Of a stretch of DNA of 64,000 bases, positions 28,037 through 37,490 are shown piece by piece. The stretch's first letter is position 1, and each line of letters starts with the position of its first letter. A program made the position numbers and the translations under genes. The stretch comes from a virus. Its lineage: Duplodnaviria; Caudoviricetes. The stretch covers positions 726 to 64,725 of the IMG/VR virus record IMGVR_UViG_3300032163_000012. The stretch is one strand, 5' to 3'. The notes under the pieces are model-generated. The model had not been told where the DNA came from and did not search any database. It worked only from the letters and a program-made list of their open reading frames with translations.

Positions 28037-28216
28037 ATGAACGATATGACCTATGGGCAGAAAAAGCAGTGTTGCCAGGATCAACGCAACCTCGAGATTG
28101 TCACCAAAGCTGGCGATATCACGATCGAGCGTTGCAAGGTGTGTGGGTGCAGGCACCACACCATGATTGCAGATCCGATCGAGATCGGGGTCAAGGGCGC
28201 GGCGTTGGGGGCCTGA
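28037..28216 (+). CDS. 59-aa Cys-rich protein
   Basis: AAGGA RBS; CC...CKVCGCRH. Confidence 0.55.
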   Translation: MNDMTYGQKKQCCQDQRNLEIVTKAGDITIERCKVCGCRHHTMIADPIEIGVKGAALGA

Positions 28217-28407
28217 TGTCTCGCGGCGCACATCCAATCCAGGATGCTCCGCCAGGGTTCACCGACGCCGAGCGTATCCACCTTCTCGAAGTTCACCTAG
28301 CCATGCTTTGGGATGAAGTGTGGTGGCATCAACTCCCGCTTTGGCGGCGCTGGTTCTATTGGTTGCAGGGTTTCCGCAGTCCCATCACTAAGTTCTACAA
28401 CGACTGA
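28216..28407 (+). CDS. small Trp-rich hypothetical protein
   Basis: TGATG coupling on both sides. Confidence 0.55.
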   Translation: MSRGAHPIQDAPPGFTDAERIHLLEVHLAMLWDEVWWHQLPLWRRWFYWLQGFRSPITKFYND

Positions 28408-29660
28408 TGGCCGCCAAGACCTGGTATCTCACCAACGCCAGCGTCTCGAACGGCTCGGACCTGTCCGACACAGATCCTGGCGCCGAGGCGTTCCGCTCGC
28501 CCGTCACCGGCTGGATCGTCAGCACCGGCTCGACGAATAGGAGCGAATGGTTCAACGACGTAGAGCGGGCTGCATCTACCTTCACGGGCACGACGGTTCC
28601 GGACGGAACACTCGACACGACCAACGGCGACTTCTGGACCTCTCCCACCGTACTGACCGGGAACTTCGCCAGTGCGAACTGGACCATATCCCTTTGCGTA
28701 AGGGCCAATACGGGCGGGGATACGCACGCAGGCAAGGCGTATGCGCGTATTTTTAGAGGAGCGAATCAAAGCGGCGCAAGCGCAGTAGAGGTCACAGGTG
28801 CCGCCACGGCCGGTACCGGAGTAACAAACCTTCTTACTTCAGCTACCCAGGACTCGACGATTACGGTCAATCCTGGCGCATTCAGCGTGTCCGCCGAATA
28901 TATCTTCATCCAACTCGCGTGGGAACGCACTGCCGCGGCTGGCATGACGACCTACGATGTCAACGCTCGTATCGGAAACACAAGCGGCCACGGAAGTAGG
29001 GTAGTCACTTCGGATTTCGCGGCGACAGTAGCTAACACGCTCGACGCAGCGGCCGGCGCGTTTGCCATAGCCGGAAACGCGACTACCAGCAACAAGGCGA
29101 TGAATTTAAACGCAGCGGCCGGCGCGTTTGCAATTGCTGGAAACGACGCGGCACTAAGCGCAGGTAAGACACTTAATGCCGAAGCTGGAAGTTTCGCAAT
29201 AGTTGGAACCGCCACCACCAACACCAAAGACGTTGTCTTAAACGCAGCAGCCGGCGCGTTTTCAATCGATGGGATCGCAGCCGATTTGACAGCCGGAACT
29301 AGCGGCACCCCTTACGCTCTCAATGCCGAGCCAGGGGCCTTCGCTATCAGCGGAACCGCTGCGGCGACCATTTCAGACAGGATTATGGTTGCCTCACCTG
29401 GCGCGTTCTCCATAGCTGGCGCTAACACGACCAATGTGAAAGCGTTGAATCTTGACGCCGGTCCCGGTGCGTTCGCAATCAATGGCTTTGCCACCGATCT
29501 CACCTACGCGCCGTTTGGAAGTGCGGCCTATACGCTGAATGCTGAGCCAGGAGCATTTGCTATTATTGGGGATGACGTTGGCATGGGCGTAGTCATCAAC
29601 CAGTTGCTTTCTGCGCAAAGACTACTCTTGACGAACTGCGGCAAATTTATGGGGCAATGA
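28407..29660 (+). CDS. putative fibre/decoration protein with repeats
   Basis: globular N-domain then 8 repeats of LxAxxGxFxIxG type. Confidence 0.65.
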   Translation: MAAKTWYLTNASVSNGSDLSDTDPGAEAFRSPVTGWIVSTGSTNRSEWFNDVERAASTFTGTTVPDGTLDTTNGDFWTSPTVLTGNFASANWTISLCVRANTGGDTHAGKAYARIFRGANQSGASAVEVTGAATAGTGVTNLLTSATQDSTITVNPGAFSVSAEYIFIQLAWERTAAAGMTTYDVNARIGNTSGHGSRVVTSDFAATVANTLDAAAGAFAIAGNATTSNKAMNLNAAAGAFAIAGNDAALSAGKTLNAEAGSFAIVGTATTNTKDVVLNAAAGAFSIDGIAADLTAGTSGTPYALNAEPGAFAISGTAAATISDRIMVASPGAFSIAGANTTNVKALNLDAGPGAFAINGFATDLTYAPFGSAAYTLNAEPGAFAIIGDDVGMGVVINQLLSAQRLLLTNCGKFMGQ

Positions 29661-30250
29661 TGAGCGACCAAACAATGCGCGACGACGATGCCTTGGCCGG
29701 CGAGGGCGGACAGCCGTCGACAATCATCCTGTCGGATGCCGTCGACCACGTGCATCAGATGCCGGAGCAGTGGCTTCGCGCTCGAGTGCGCGGCTGGCTC
29801 GAGCGCATCGAATCGCCGGATCTGGCTTTTTGGGTTGGAACATACACCGCCGACGGCCGCTGGATCTTCTGCAGCTCGAACGCTGACACCTGGGCGCCAA
29901 AGCCGTACCGGCAAGAATACGCCATGAACGTGTGCCGATACATCAACAAGCAGTGCTCGATGGGCGGCGCCTGGCTGGTTGGCTGGATCCGCGGCGGGCG
30001 CGAGTTTTACCTGCTCTACAAGGATGCCGACGGCGACCTGCAGATCCCGATCGAGTGCGACAAACCGTTCATCGTTTTGCAGAAATATACCGTGTTCGAC
30101 TGGGAAAACCATTGCCAAGCCGCATTAGGTGTATATTCCGAGCATAAGAGGGCGCTCGAAATGTCGAATTCTCAACAGGTGAAGGTGGCGCAGGGCGAGC
30201 GGACGAGTCCGCAGCATCTGGATTCCGTGCCGCGGGTGAATATACTGTGA
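29657..30250 (+). CDS. hypothetical protein
   Basis: ATGA overlap, codon bias. Confidence 0.65.
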   Translation: MMSDQTMRDDDALAGEGGQPSTIILSDAVDHVHQMPEQWLRARVRGWLERIESPDLAFWVGTYTADGRWIFCSSNADTWAPKPYRQEYAMNVCRYINKQCSMGGAWLVGWIRGGREFYLLYKDADGDLQIPIECDKPFIVLQKYTVFDWENHCQAALGVYSEHKRALEMSNSQQVKVAQGERTSPQHLDSVPRVNIL

Positions 30251-30392
30251 CGACATTTCGACATAACGATTTCGTGTTACCCCGTGGCCGGGGGCAATCG
30301 GGCCAATTGCGCGCCGGGGCGTCATCCCCAGCAAGGCGTCGCCGGCCATCGGGCGTGTCGGGTGGATCCACCCTGTAAATAAAGGACAAGTC

Positions 30393-31541
30393 ATGGACCA
30401 GAACGCAGATACCACCAACACCGATACACCTGCCAAGGCTGCAATCGCGCAAGCCGCGGCCGAAGGTACTCCTCCTGGGGCAGCCGCTCCGGCAGAGTCG
30501 AGCGCAGCGGGGGCGGCCAAGACGGCGCCCGACAATCCGTTTGCGGCCGAGGACGCCGAACTGGCAGCGCTCGAGGCTCAGGCCAAGGCCGAACCGAAGC
30601 AAGGGGGCAAGGAACCGGAGAAGGGTGCTGTTGCTGCAGATGAACCGGGTGCGGGGAAAGAGTCAGGCACCGAGGCGGCCACTACGGCTACAGCGGCAGC
30701 AGGACATAACGCCTCCACAGCGGCCATCGTGGCACTGCGAAAAGCGAATTCGGAGTTGAAGGGCGCCTTGCTTGTCAAGGAAGGCGAAAATCGTGTGCTC
30801 AAGACGCTGGTTGACCCCGGGAAGTTCGCCGATGAGGCGGGCGGTACCCAGGCAGCGGCGGCGGAGATCGCGCCCGAGGAACAGGAATTGCAGGCTCTGG
30901 CAGCCGAGCGCGTCAGGATCGCCGAGGAAGTCGACGGCGGCCGGATGACGATGCGCGAGTATGCCGAAAAGACGAACGAGATCCAGGCGCGCGAGCGCAC
31001 GCTGGCTGCACTGCAGACGGAGCAGATCATCGCTGCGAACGCCCAGCCGGCCAACGATCTTGGTTTGCAGGAGCATGTGACCACCCTGGTCCAGAGATAT
31101 CCGATTCTCAATTCGTTGACAGCGGCCCAACTCAAGCCGTTCGAACAGATCGCTTACGAGCAAGCCACCATGGAGGGGAAACCCATTCAGGCCGGCCCGC
31201 TCGGAACCAAGGATTTGCGAGAGCGTATGGGTGCCTTGGCCACCAGAGTCTACGGTCAACCGGCGGCAGAAGGTGCGGCAACAGGCGGGACAGGTGTGGC
31301 GACTGGTTCAACGGTATCGGGGCAGCCAACGGCTGCGGAGCGCGAGGCGAAACTCACGCTTGCGGGGAATCACCCTCCGAATATCGGCGCTACAGGCTCC
31401 GGGGCTACCGGCGGCGAGCCATCAGAGGCTCAGGCAACAGCGGCCCTTGCTCAAGGCGAGGACGCGGCCATCCGTTGGTTAGAGTCAAACCCTGGTTTTG
31501 TCCAGAAGCAGATGGGGAAATCCGTCCGCTTGACACGCTGA
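30393..31541 (+). CDS. putative scaffolding protein
   Basis: acidic, Ala-rich, helical; directly upstream of capsid gene. Confidence 0.7.
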   Translation: MDQNADTTNTDTPAKAAIAQAAAEGTPPGAAAPAESSAAGAAKTAPDNPFAAEDAELAALEAQAKAEPKQGGKEPEKGAVAADEPGAGKESGTEAATTATAAAGHNASTAAIVALRKANSELKGALLVKEGENRVLKTLVDPGKFADEAGGTQAAAAEIAPEEQELQALAAERVRIAEEVDGGRMTMREYAEKTNEIQARERTLAALQTEQIIAANAQPANDLGLQEHVTTLVQRYPILNSLTAAQLKPFEQIAYEQATMEGKPIQAGPLGTKDLRERMGALATRVYGQPAAEGAATGGTGVATGSTVSGQPTAAEREAKLTLAGNHPPNIGATGSGATGGEPSEAQATAALAQGEDAAIRWLESNPGFVQKQMGKSVRLTR

Positions 31542-31558
31542 AAAAAAGGAACCAAGTC

Positions 31559-32677
31559 ATGGCACTTACCGACTTCGGCTCACTGACGGACATTCAGAAG
31601 AAGATCTACTCGCTCCACGTTTCCAAGCAGGGGCGCGACGACAACTTTTGGATGTCGAACGGGTTCATGGGTAATTCCACCGATGACACGTCAAAGCCGA
31701 TTCAGAAAATAACCGAACTCACCAAGACGGAAAAGGGAACCCAGGCGGTCATGCCGCTGATCGGGGACATTTCCGGCGGTGTGGTCGGCGACAACCTGCT
31801 CGAAGGAAACGAGCAACCCATCCTGGCGGACGCCCAGACCATCCAGATCGACCAGCTACGCAATGGCTGCCGGTCCAAGGGTCGGATGTCCGAACAGGCA
31901 ACAGTGATTCGCTTCCGGGTGCAGGCGCGCGATGTGCTCGCATTCTGGCTGGCGGACCTGATCGACGAACTGCTGTTCCTGGTGGCCGCTGGCCGCGCCT
32001 TCACGTTGAATACCGACGGGTCGACGCGCTCAACCAGCCAGATCCCATCGCTCGCCTTCGCTGGCGACGTGGCGGCAGCCTCGACGAACCGGATCATGTA
32101 CGCCGGTTCGGCAACATCGGAAAATACGATTACCACGGCTGACACCTGCACCTGGGATCTGGTGACCCAGGCGAAGGCGTTTGCCAAGCGTAAGCGCATC
32201 CGTCCGATCCGCGCAGGCGGCAAGTCCTACTACATCCTGGTGCTCTCGACCGAGCAGTGCCGCGATCTGGAAAAGACTTCCGACTACAAGGCGATTCAGG
32301 CGCAAGCCATGCCGCGCGGGATGGACAATCCGCTGTTCAACAACGCGAAGAAGGTCATCAACGAAGTCGTGATCTACGACCACCAGAAGGTGTTCAACAC
32401 CCTCGGTCTTGGTTCCGGCTCGCGTTGGGGCGCTGCTTCAACCGTCCACGGCGCTCAGGCTTTCCTGATGGGCGCGCAGGCAATGGGCTACGCAGCCCTG
32501 GACGACGGTACCCCGGGCATGGACGAGTCGGACAACACCGACTACGGCAACCGCCCCGCCCTGGGGATTCATCGCATCATCGGCATGCTCAAGCCACAGT
32601 ACAAGTCGAAATACGACGCCAACGCCCGCGAGGACTATGGCATCGTTTCGATCAAAACTGCAGCCGCGGCAAACTAG
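31559..32677 (+). CDS. major capsid protein, N4-gp56/DUF4043 type
   Basis: ITELTK...GDNLLEGNE...IDQLRN, RIRPIR..G..YY, DNPLF, FLMGAQA, DYGN, DYG. Confidence 0.9.
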   Translation: MALTDFGSLTDIQKKIYSLHVSKQGRDDNFWMSNGFMGNSTDDTSKPIQKITELTKTEKGTQAVMPLIGDISGGVVGDNLLEGNEQPILADAQTIQIDQLRNGCRSKGRMSEQATVIRFRVQARDVLAFWLADLIDELLFLVAAGRAFTLNTDGSTRSTSQIPSLAFAGDVAAASTNRIMYAGSATSENTITTADTCTWDLVTQAKAFAKRKRIRPIRAGGKSYYILVLSTEQCRDLEKTSDYKAIQAQAMPRGMDNPLFNNAKKVINEVVIYDHQKVFNTLGLGSGSRWGAASTVHGAQAFLMGAQAMGYAALDDGTPGMDESDNTDYGNRPALGIHRIIGMLKPQYKSKYDANAREDYGIVSIKTAAAAN

Positions 32678-32692
32678 GAGAAGGAGAAGATC

Positions 32693-33397
32693 ATGCAAAA
32701 ATTCAAAATCCAACTCCAGGATCGTCCGATCGGAGCGTTTGCCGGACCAGCCATCATCGGTGCCGGCGGCAAGTGCCTCGTTACCGCTGCAGGCTCCCAG
32801 GCGAAAGCCACCCTGTACGACAAAGCTGGTGCTGTATTGGCCAATCCCGTTTCCTTCACCAGGGGCGGCGCGGAATTCTACACGGCCAACACGGTAGCTG
32901 CGGTGGACCTTTTCATCATCACCGGCGAAGGCTATGCCACGCAACTGTGGAGCGTCGGTCCTGACGAAATCAATGAAGTCCCGATAAACAGGGACAGCCG
33001 GAGCGGTGTGATTGTGTTTCCGTTCAGCATTGCGGATCAGATCGCGGACGCTACCGAGGTTGACACCGGGCTCGATCTTGTCGTCGGGATGGTCTTGCAG
33101 CCATTCCCCTACTTCAAGGTCGTTACGGTCGACGCAACCGAAACGATCGACGTCGGTACGGGAGAGGTTCACCCGGTCGATGGTGGCGACGCGAACGGGT
33201 TTATCACCTTGGGCGTGCTCGATACCGCAGGGCTTGTCGGTGATACCGGCAGCGCTCTTTTGAACGCGGTCGAGTACATTGCCCCGGCGTACAGTTTGAC
33301 CTGGACGTTGACGACAGGCGCCGACACGGCAACGGGATATGTGTTCCTGCCGTACCGGCTGCTGAACACCGGCTCGCCGATCATCACCCAGTCGTAA
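32693..33397 (+). CDS. putative capsid decoration/minor structural protein
   Basis: strong RBS; lies between MCP and terminator. Confidence 0.55.
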   Translation: MQKFKIQLQDRPIGAFAGPAIIGAGGKCLVTAAGSQAKATLYDKAGAVLANPVSFTRGGAEFYTANTVAAVDLFIITGEGYATQLWSVGPDEINEVPINRDSRSGVIVFPFSIADQIADATEVDTGLDLVVGMVLQPFPYFKVVTVDATETIDVGTGEVHPVDGGDANGFITLGVLDTAGLVGDTGSALLNAVEYIAPAYSLTWTLTTGADTATGYVFLPYRLLNTGSPIITQS

Positions 33398-33419
33398 GGG
33401 CGAAAAGCGGGCACTTGAC

Positions 33420-33452
33420 ACGGGAACCCGGGCAACCTGGTTCCCGTTTTTT
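33420..33452 (+). terminator. Rho-independent terminator
   Basis: ACGGGAACCCGG-GCAA-CCTGGTTCCCGT followed by T-tract. Confidence 0.8.
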
Positions 33453-33475
33453 CAACCGTGAAGTGAAGGAGCACC

Positions 33476-34051
33476 ATGAACACCGAAACCCAAGCTGCAG
33501 AAAGCGCAACCAAGGCCAAGGCCGGCACCTACACGGTGTTCGACCTGAATCAACGCGGGGATCTGCCGCGCCGGCACGACGTCATCGTGCGCATGTACAA
33601 GGACGGATCTGAACCGGAAACCATTCCCTATCTTCTTTTCAGCAACAAAGGCTGTACCATGCCGATGGAGCACGCATACGTGTTTCTGTCGGATCCCGCA
33701 TTCAAGGTAGTCGGTCCAACTGGAATCCGTATACCGTGGATCCAAAAAATGGACCTGTCCAAGCCGCTCAAGGCGCTGGCCGTCGACGAGGTAGTGGTCA
33801 AGTACCAGTACCTGGCGCGCGACTACCTGTTCAAGCTGGTCAAGATGCTGCCCGGCTCCGAGGACGTGAAGCAGAATGCCACGTCAGACGAACTGGCCGC
33901 GCACATGGTCAAGTGGCGCCAGAGCCTGGTCGGCATGACCGACGGCGAGCGGCACCTGGCTGAAATGATGGGCCAAGGCGAACTGGGCGGCGGCATGGAT
34001 GCCAAGATGCTCGATTCCATGTTCCCTGGCAGCGATCGCAAAGTCGCGTAG
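33476..34051 (+). CDS. hypothetical protein
   Basis: AAGGAG RBS. Confidence 0.7.
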   Translation: MNTETQAAESATKAKAGTYTVFDLNQRGDLPRRHDVIVRMYKDGSEPETIPYLLFSNKGCTMPMEHAYVFLSDPAFKVVGPTGIRIPWIQKMDLSKPLKALAVDEVVVKYQYLARDYLFKLVKMLPGSEDVKQNATSDELAAHMVKWRQSLVGMTDGERHLAEMMGQGELGGGMDAKMLDSMFPGSDRKVA

Positions 34052-34060
34052 GAGTACATC

Positions 34061-34633
34061 GTGGAGAAGCGTTTTGAGAGCGTCATAGACCTGAAAGGGA
34101 ACGCCGTAGAAGGCGCAACCGTGCGGGTGCAGGCTTACCCTGCCGGAACGCTTTCCACGATCTATTCAGACAGCCTGGGCGTGACGGCAATACCGAACCC
34201 GCTCACGACGGACGAGAACGGCGCCTTCGAGTATTACGCCGCGGACGGCCACTACTCCTGGGTCATCACCACGAACATCGACACCAAGACGATCAACGAT
34301 ATCGTGCACGGATCCGGCGGCGGGGATGCTGAGTCGTTCTTCGTGGCGACCGGCACAGGCGATGCCATGATTATTGCCGCGTTTCCGACTGGGTTTGCCC
34401 TGGCCGACGGCGACGAGATCCGCGTGCGCGCGGTGGGCGAGAACACCATCACGGCGCCAACGATCAGCCTGCCGGTCATCGGCGTGCTCACGATCTACAA
34501 GAACGGCGGCGGTGCACTGAACGAGCAGCAGGGCGGGCAGGCCGGAACTGGCGACATCCACGGCGCCGGGCACGAAATCACGCTGCGCTATCGCGCGAGC
34601 CCTGAGCGCATGGAACTTATCGGGGTGATCTGA
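34061..34633 (+). CDS. short tail-associated protein with fibre anchor domain
   Basis: TLSTIYSD...PNPLTTDENGAFEYYAADGHY. Confidence 0.65.
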   Translation: MEKRFESVIDLKGNAVEGATVRVQAYPAGTLSTIYSDSLGVTAIPNPLTTDENGAFEYYAADGHYSWVITTNIDTKTINDIVHGSGGGDAESFFVATGTGDAMIIAAFPTGFALADGDEIRVRAVGENTITAPTISLPVIGVLTIYKNGGGALNEQQGGQAGTGDIHGAGHEITLRYRASPERMELIGVI

Positions 34634-35412
34634 TGGCTATCCCAGTCGATTCCAGCCAGAACGCCGCTACACCGCTCCCTGTATGGATGCTGTCAGCGGT
34701 CGAGGTTGGCGAGCGCGCGCTGCGCAAGGTGGGCGCTTTCTCTATCAACGACGAAGCGGCAGATCCGGACGAGCTTGACGAAACGCTGCGTTGGCTGGAC
34801 ATGATCGTGGCCGAGGTCACCGGCACGCGGCGCTGCTACTGGCTCTCGCCGGCAACAGTTACGTTCGACTGGCCGGCGGCCGAGGCGAGCGTGGTCCTGG
34901 CCGACCAGATGGGGGCGGACTATCCGCCTACCGGCATCCTGTTTCCGGTGCGCGCGTGGCGCGTCGATGTCACTACCGGGCTGCGCCAGGCTGAGATCGA
35001 GCTTTGTAGGCGCAAGAAGTACGAGGCGAAGTCGAACCTAGCAACGGCAGGCTCCCCGGAGATCCTGTTCATCGATCGTCTGGTGCAGGAGCAACGCGCC
35101 TACGTGTGGCCGGTTCCGAGTACCGCTGACGTGTGGCAGATCGCGCTCGAGTTCCAGACCTACTCGCGCTCCGTTCTTGGCGAGCAAGGCGGAGAGCAGT
35201 CGGGTGATGTTCCGCACGGATTCGACCAAACCTGGCAGCTTTGGATGGTGACGCGCCTTGCCGCCGAGATTGGCGATGGCCCGGTGAAGCGCCTGGATGC
35301 GTCCACTATCAGGGATTGGCGCACCCTGGCCGACGGGTATCTCTCCGCGCTTCTTTACCATAATCGTGAAAAGAACAATCGGCCGTTTCAAACGCGCCGG
35401 TACGGGGGTTGA
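34633..35412 (+). CDS. head-tail adaptor (tail tubular A/P22 gp4-like)
   Basis: ALRKVG...LRWLDMI...GSP...YVWPVP...RLAAEI; position. Confidence 0.65.
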   Translation: MAIPVDSSQNAATPLPVWMLSAVEVGERALRKVGAFSINDEAADPDELDETLRWLDMIVAEVTGTRRCYWLSPATVTFDWPAAEASVVLADQMGADYPPTGILFPVRAWRVDVTTGLRQAEIELCRRKKYEAKSNLATAGSPEILFIDRLVQEQRAYVWPVPSTADVWQIALEFQTYSRSVLGEQGGEQSGDVPHGFDQTWQLWMVTRLAAEIGDGPVKRLDASTIRDWRTLADGYLSALLYHNREKNNRPFQTRRYGG

Positions 35413-35414
35413 CC

Positions 35415-37475
35415 ATGCCTGTGCGCACGCCGATCAGGGATTTTGAACTAGCAAATCCACTCTACAAAAACGCTGTTGTCGCCTTTTTCACGGTAGCAAG
35501 CGGAGTCAAAACATCAACTCTTGCCAACCTGTATTCAGGACCATCTGCCGTAGCGCAACTACCAAACCCCCAAAAGCTGAATAGCCAGGGCCAATTCAAG
35601 CAGGCCGTCTACATCCAGGACCAGGTGATAGGGTCGGTTACCGGGATCTCGGTGCCGGGGCATGACACCGCAATTCACTCTCCATCGCCAATTTTCCGGG
35701 TAGAGCAAAGCACAGGGGAATTCCAGTATTCCTACGACGGCGGGCTAACCTATAGCGACTCCGGCGATTCCATCTTTTTCAACCGCGGGAACTGGGCCAC
35801 TGGTAGCGCGTATCGCCGCAACGACATGGTAGCTGTGTCCGGCACCACTTACATCTGCCTCGTAGCGCACATGTCCGGGGTGTTTGCAACAGACTTGGCC
35901 GCAGATAAATGGCAGCCATTTGGCATCCAAGAGGATAACCTGCTTATCCCCGCCTTTCGCTTTGGCATTGTTGCCGACGGAACCGACCAGACTACCGAGC
36001 TGATTGCTGCGCTCGCTAGTGGGGAGAATATCGTACTGCCACGCGGCATCATCGGGATCGACGGCGATGCAGCGATCACGTTCCCCTATGCGCAGCAAGG
36101 GCAAAAGCTAATCGGCGCAGGCACGACGGACGTAGCAAACTATCCGGCGCGTGGAACCGTGTTAAAGCGGCTGACCGGCACCGGGCCGATGCTCACGGTT
36201 GCTACCTATACCGAGGGCATCGAGATCGCTGGGTTTTGTTTCGATCAGAACGGACTCGGTGGCGAAGCCATCAAGACCGGGATGCACAGTAGCTACCTTC
36301 ACGATCTCGTAGTCCACAATCAGGCGGTGACCTATGGCGTCTTAGGTACGGGCATGAACCTGTCCACGGCGGAACGCATCCGGTTCACCGGGACGTGCTA
36401 CGGCGGGTGGAAGTTTGACGACACAGCGGGCGTAGGCTACGGGGCACTCAACAGCGAGTTCAATAAGATTGTCATGGGGCAAGCCACCGCTGCGCTCTCC
36501 GCCTACGGGCTGAGTATAGAGAAATCTACCACGCTGACGTTCAACGATTACCTCATCCAGGGAGGAAAGGGTGTCTCACTCTCTAACGGAATTGAGTGCA
36601 TCACGTTCAACCAAATGCGCGCGGAACTGGACGGACAATTCGAACTGCTTGTTGCTGACGGTACGGTAGGCGGCATCGTCAGACTTTCTCTCAACGATGC
36701 CCGGGTAACGCAGACTGGGACGAGCGCGGGCGCGAAAGCCTTCCTTGACCTGAAAACGGTCAGAGGATTCAAGATGAACGGGTTCCGCGCCGCCGATGAA
36801 GTATCTGCCGCCGGGCGACCCTATGTGAAGATGGACGGCCTAACCGGCGCGAGTTTCCGCGACATCACCCTAACCAACAGTTCCGGCAACGCGCACAAGT
36901 TCCTCTCCTGCTCAGGCACGCGCTCCGATCAGACCGTTATGGAAAACGCTGACGTTACCAGCGGCACCGTGACATGCGACATGAAAACGAGCGGCCTGGA
37001 CTATCGCAACACGAACATTCCGATTACGTTCAACGCGGCGAGCCAGTTGACGATGGTGCGCCAAAGCTCCGGGACGGTTGACACGACCAACAACTCCAAT
37101 GGGATCATCCTTGAGGGCCAGATCGGGCCCGTTACGGATGCAAGTTTCTCTGCCTCACGTGTTGGATTCGCTGGTGTCGTGTCGGCAATGCCGACAAAGA
37201 TCGCGTCTACTGCCGCGCTCCCGCTTACGCACCTGTCTACAGACCCAACCGGAAACGAATACACCATTACCGGGGTTGCGGCCATCACTTCGATCACTGC
37301 TGCCACTAGCATCCCGGGGCGCTTTGTGACGCTGCACTTTGAGGACATCCTGACCTTCACCGATGGGAACAACCTGATTCTCGCCGGGAACTTCGTCACA
37401 TCTGCCGGCGATACGATCACGCTGTCGTGCAACGAGGCCGGAAAGTGGGAAGAAAAAAGCCGCAGCGCGAACTAG
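35415..37475 (+). CDS. tailspike with anchor, CBM-like motif and beta-helix
   Basis: RGNWATGSAYRRNDMV...YICLVAHMSG...W; FGIVADGTDQT start of pectate-lyase-like helix. Confidence 0.75.
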   Translation: MPVRTPIRDFELANPLYKNAVVAFFTVASGVKTSTLANLYSGPSAVAQLPNPQKLNSQGQFKQAVYIQDQVIGSVTGISVPGHDTAIHSPSPIFRVEQSTGEFQYSYDGGLTYSDSGDSIFFNRGNWATGSAYRRNDMVAVSGTTYICLVAHMSGVFATDLAADKWQPFGIQEDNLLIPAFRFGIVADGTDQTTELIAALASGENIVLPRGIIGIDGDAAITFPYAQQGQKLIGAGTTDVANYPARGTVLKRLTGTGPMLTVATYTEGIEIAGFCFDQNGLGGEAIKTGMHSSYLHDLVVHNQAVTYGVLGTGMNLSTAERIRFTGTCYGGWKFDDTAGVGYGALNSEFNKIVMGQATAALSAYGLSIEKSTTLTFNDYLIQGGKGVSLSNGIECITFNQMRAELDGQFELLVADGTVGGIVRLSLNDARVTQTGTSAGAKAFLDLKTVRGFKMNGFRAADEVSAAGRPYVKMDGLTGASFRDITLTNSSGNAHKFLSCSGTRSDQTVMENADVTSGTVTCDMKTSGLDYRNTNIPITFNAASQLTMVRQSSGTVDTTNNSNGIILEGQIGPVTDASFSASRVGFAGVVSAMPTKIASTAALPLTHLSTDPTGNEYTITGVAAITSITAATSIPGRFVTLHFEDILTFTDGNNLILAGNFVTSAGDTITLSCNEAGKWEEKSRSAN

Positions 37476-37490
37476 AAAGAGGCTAAGACC

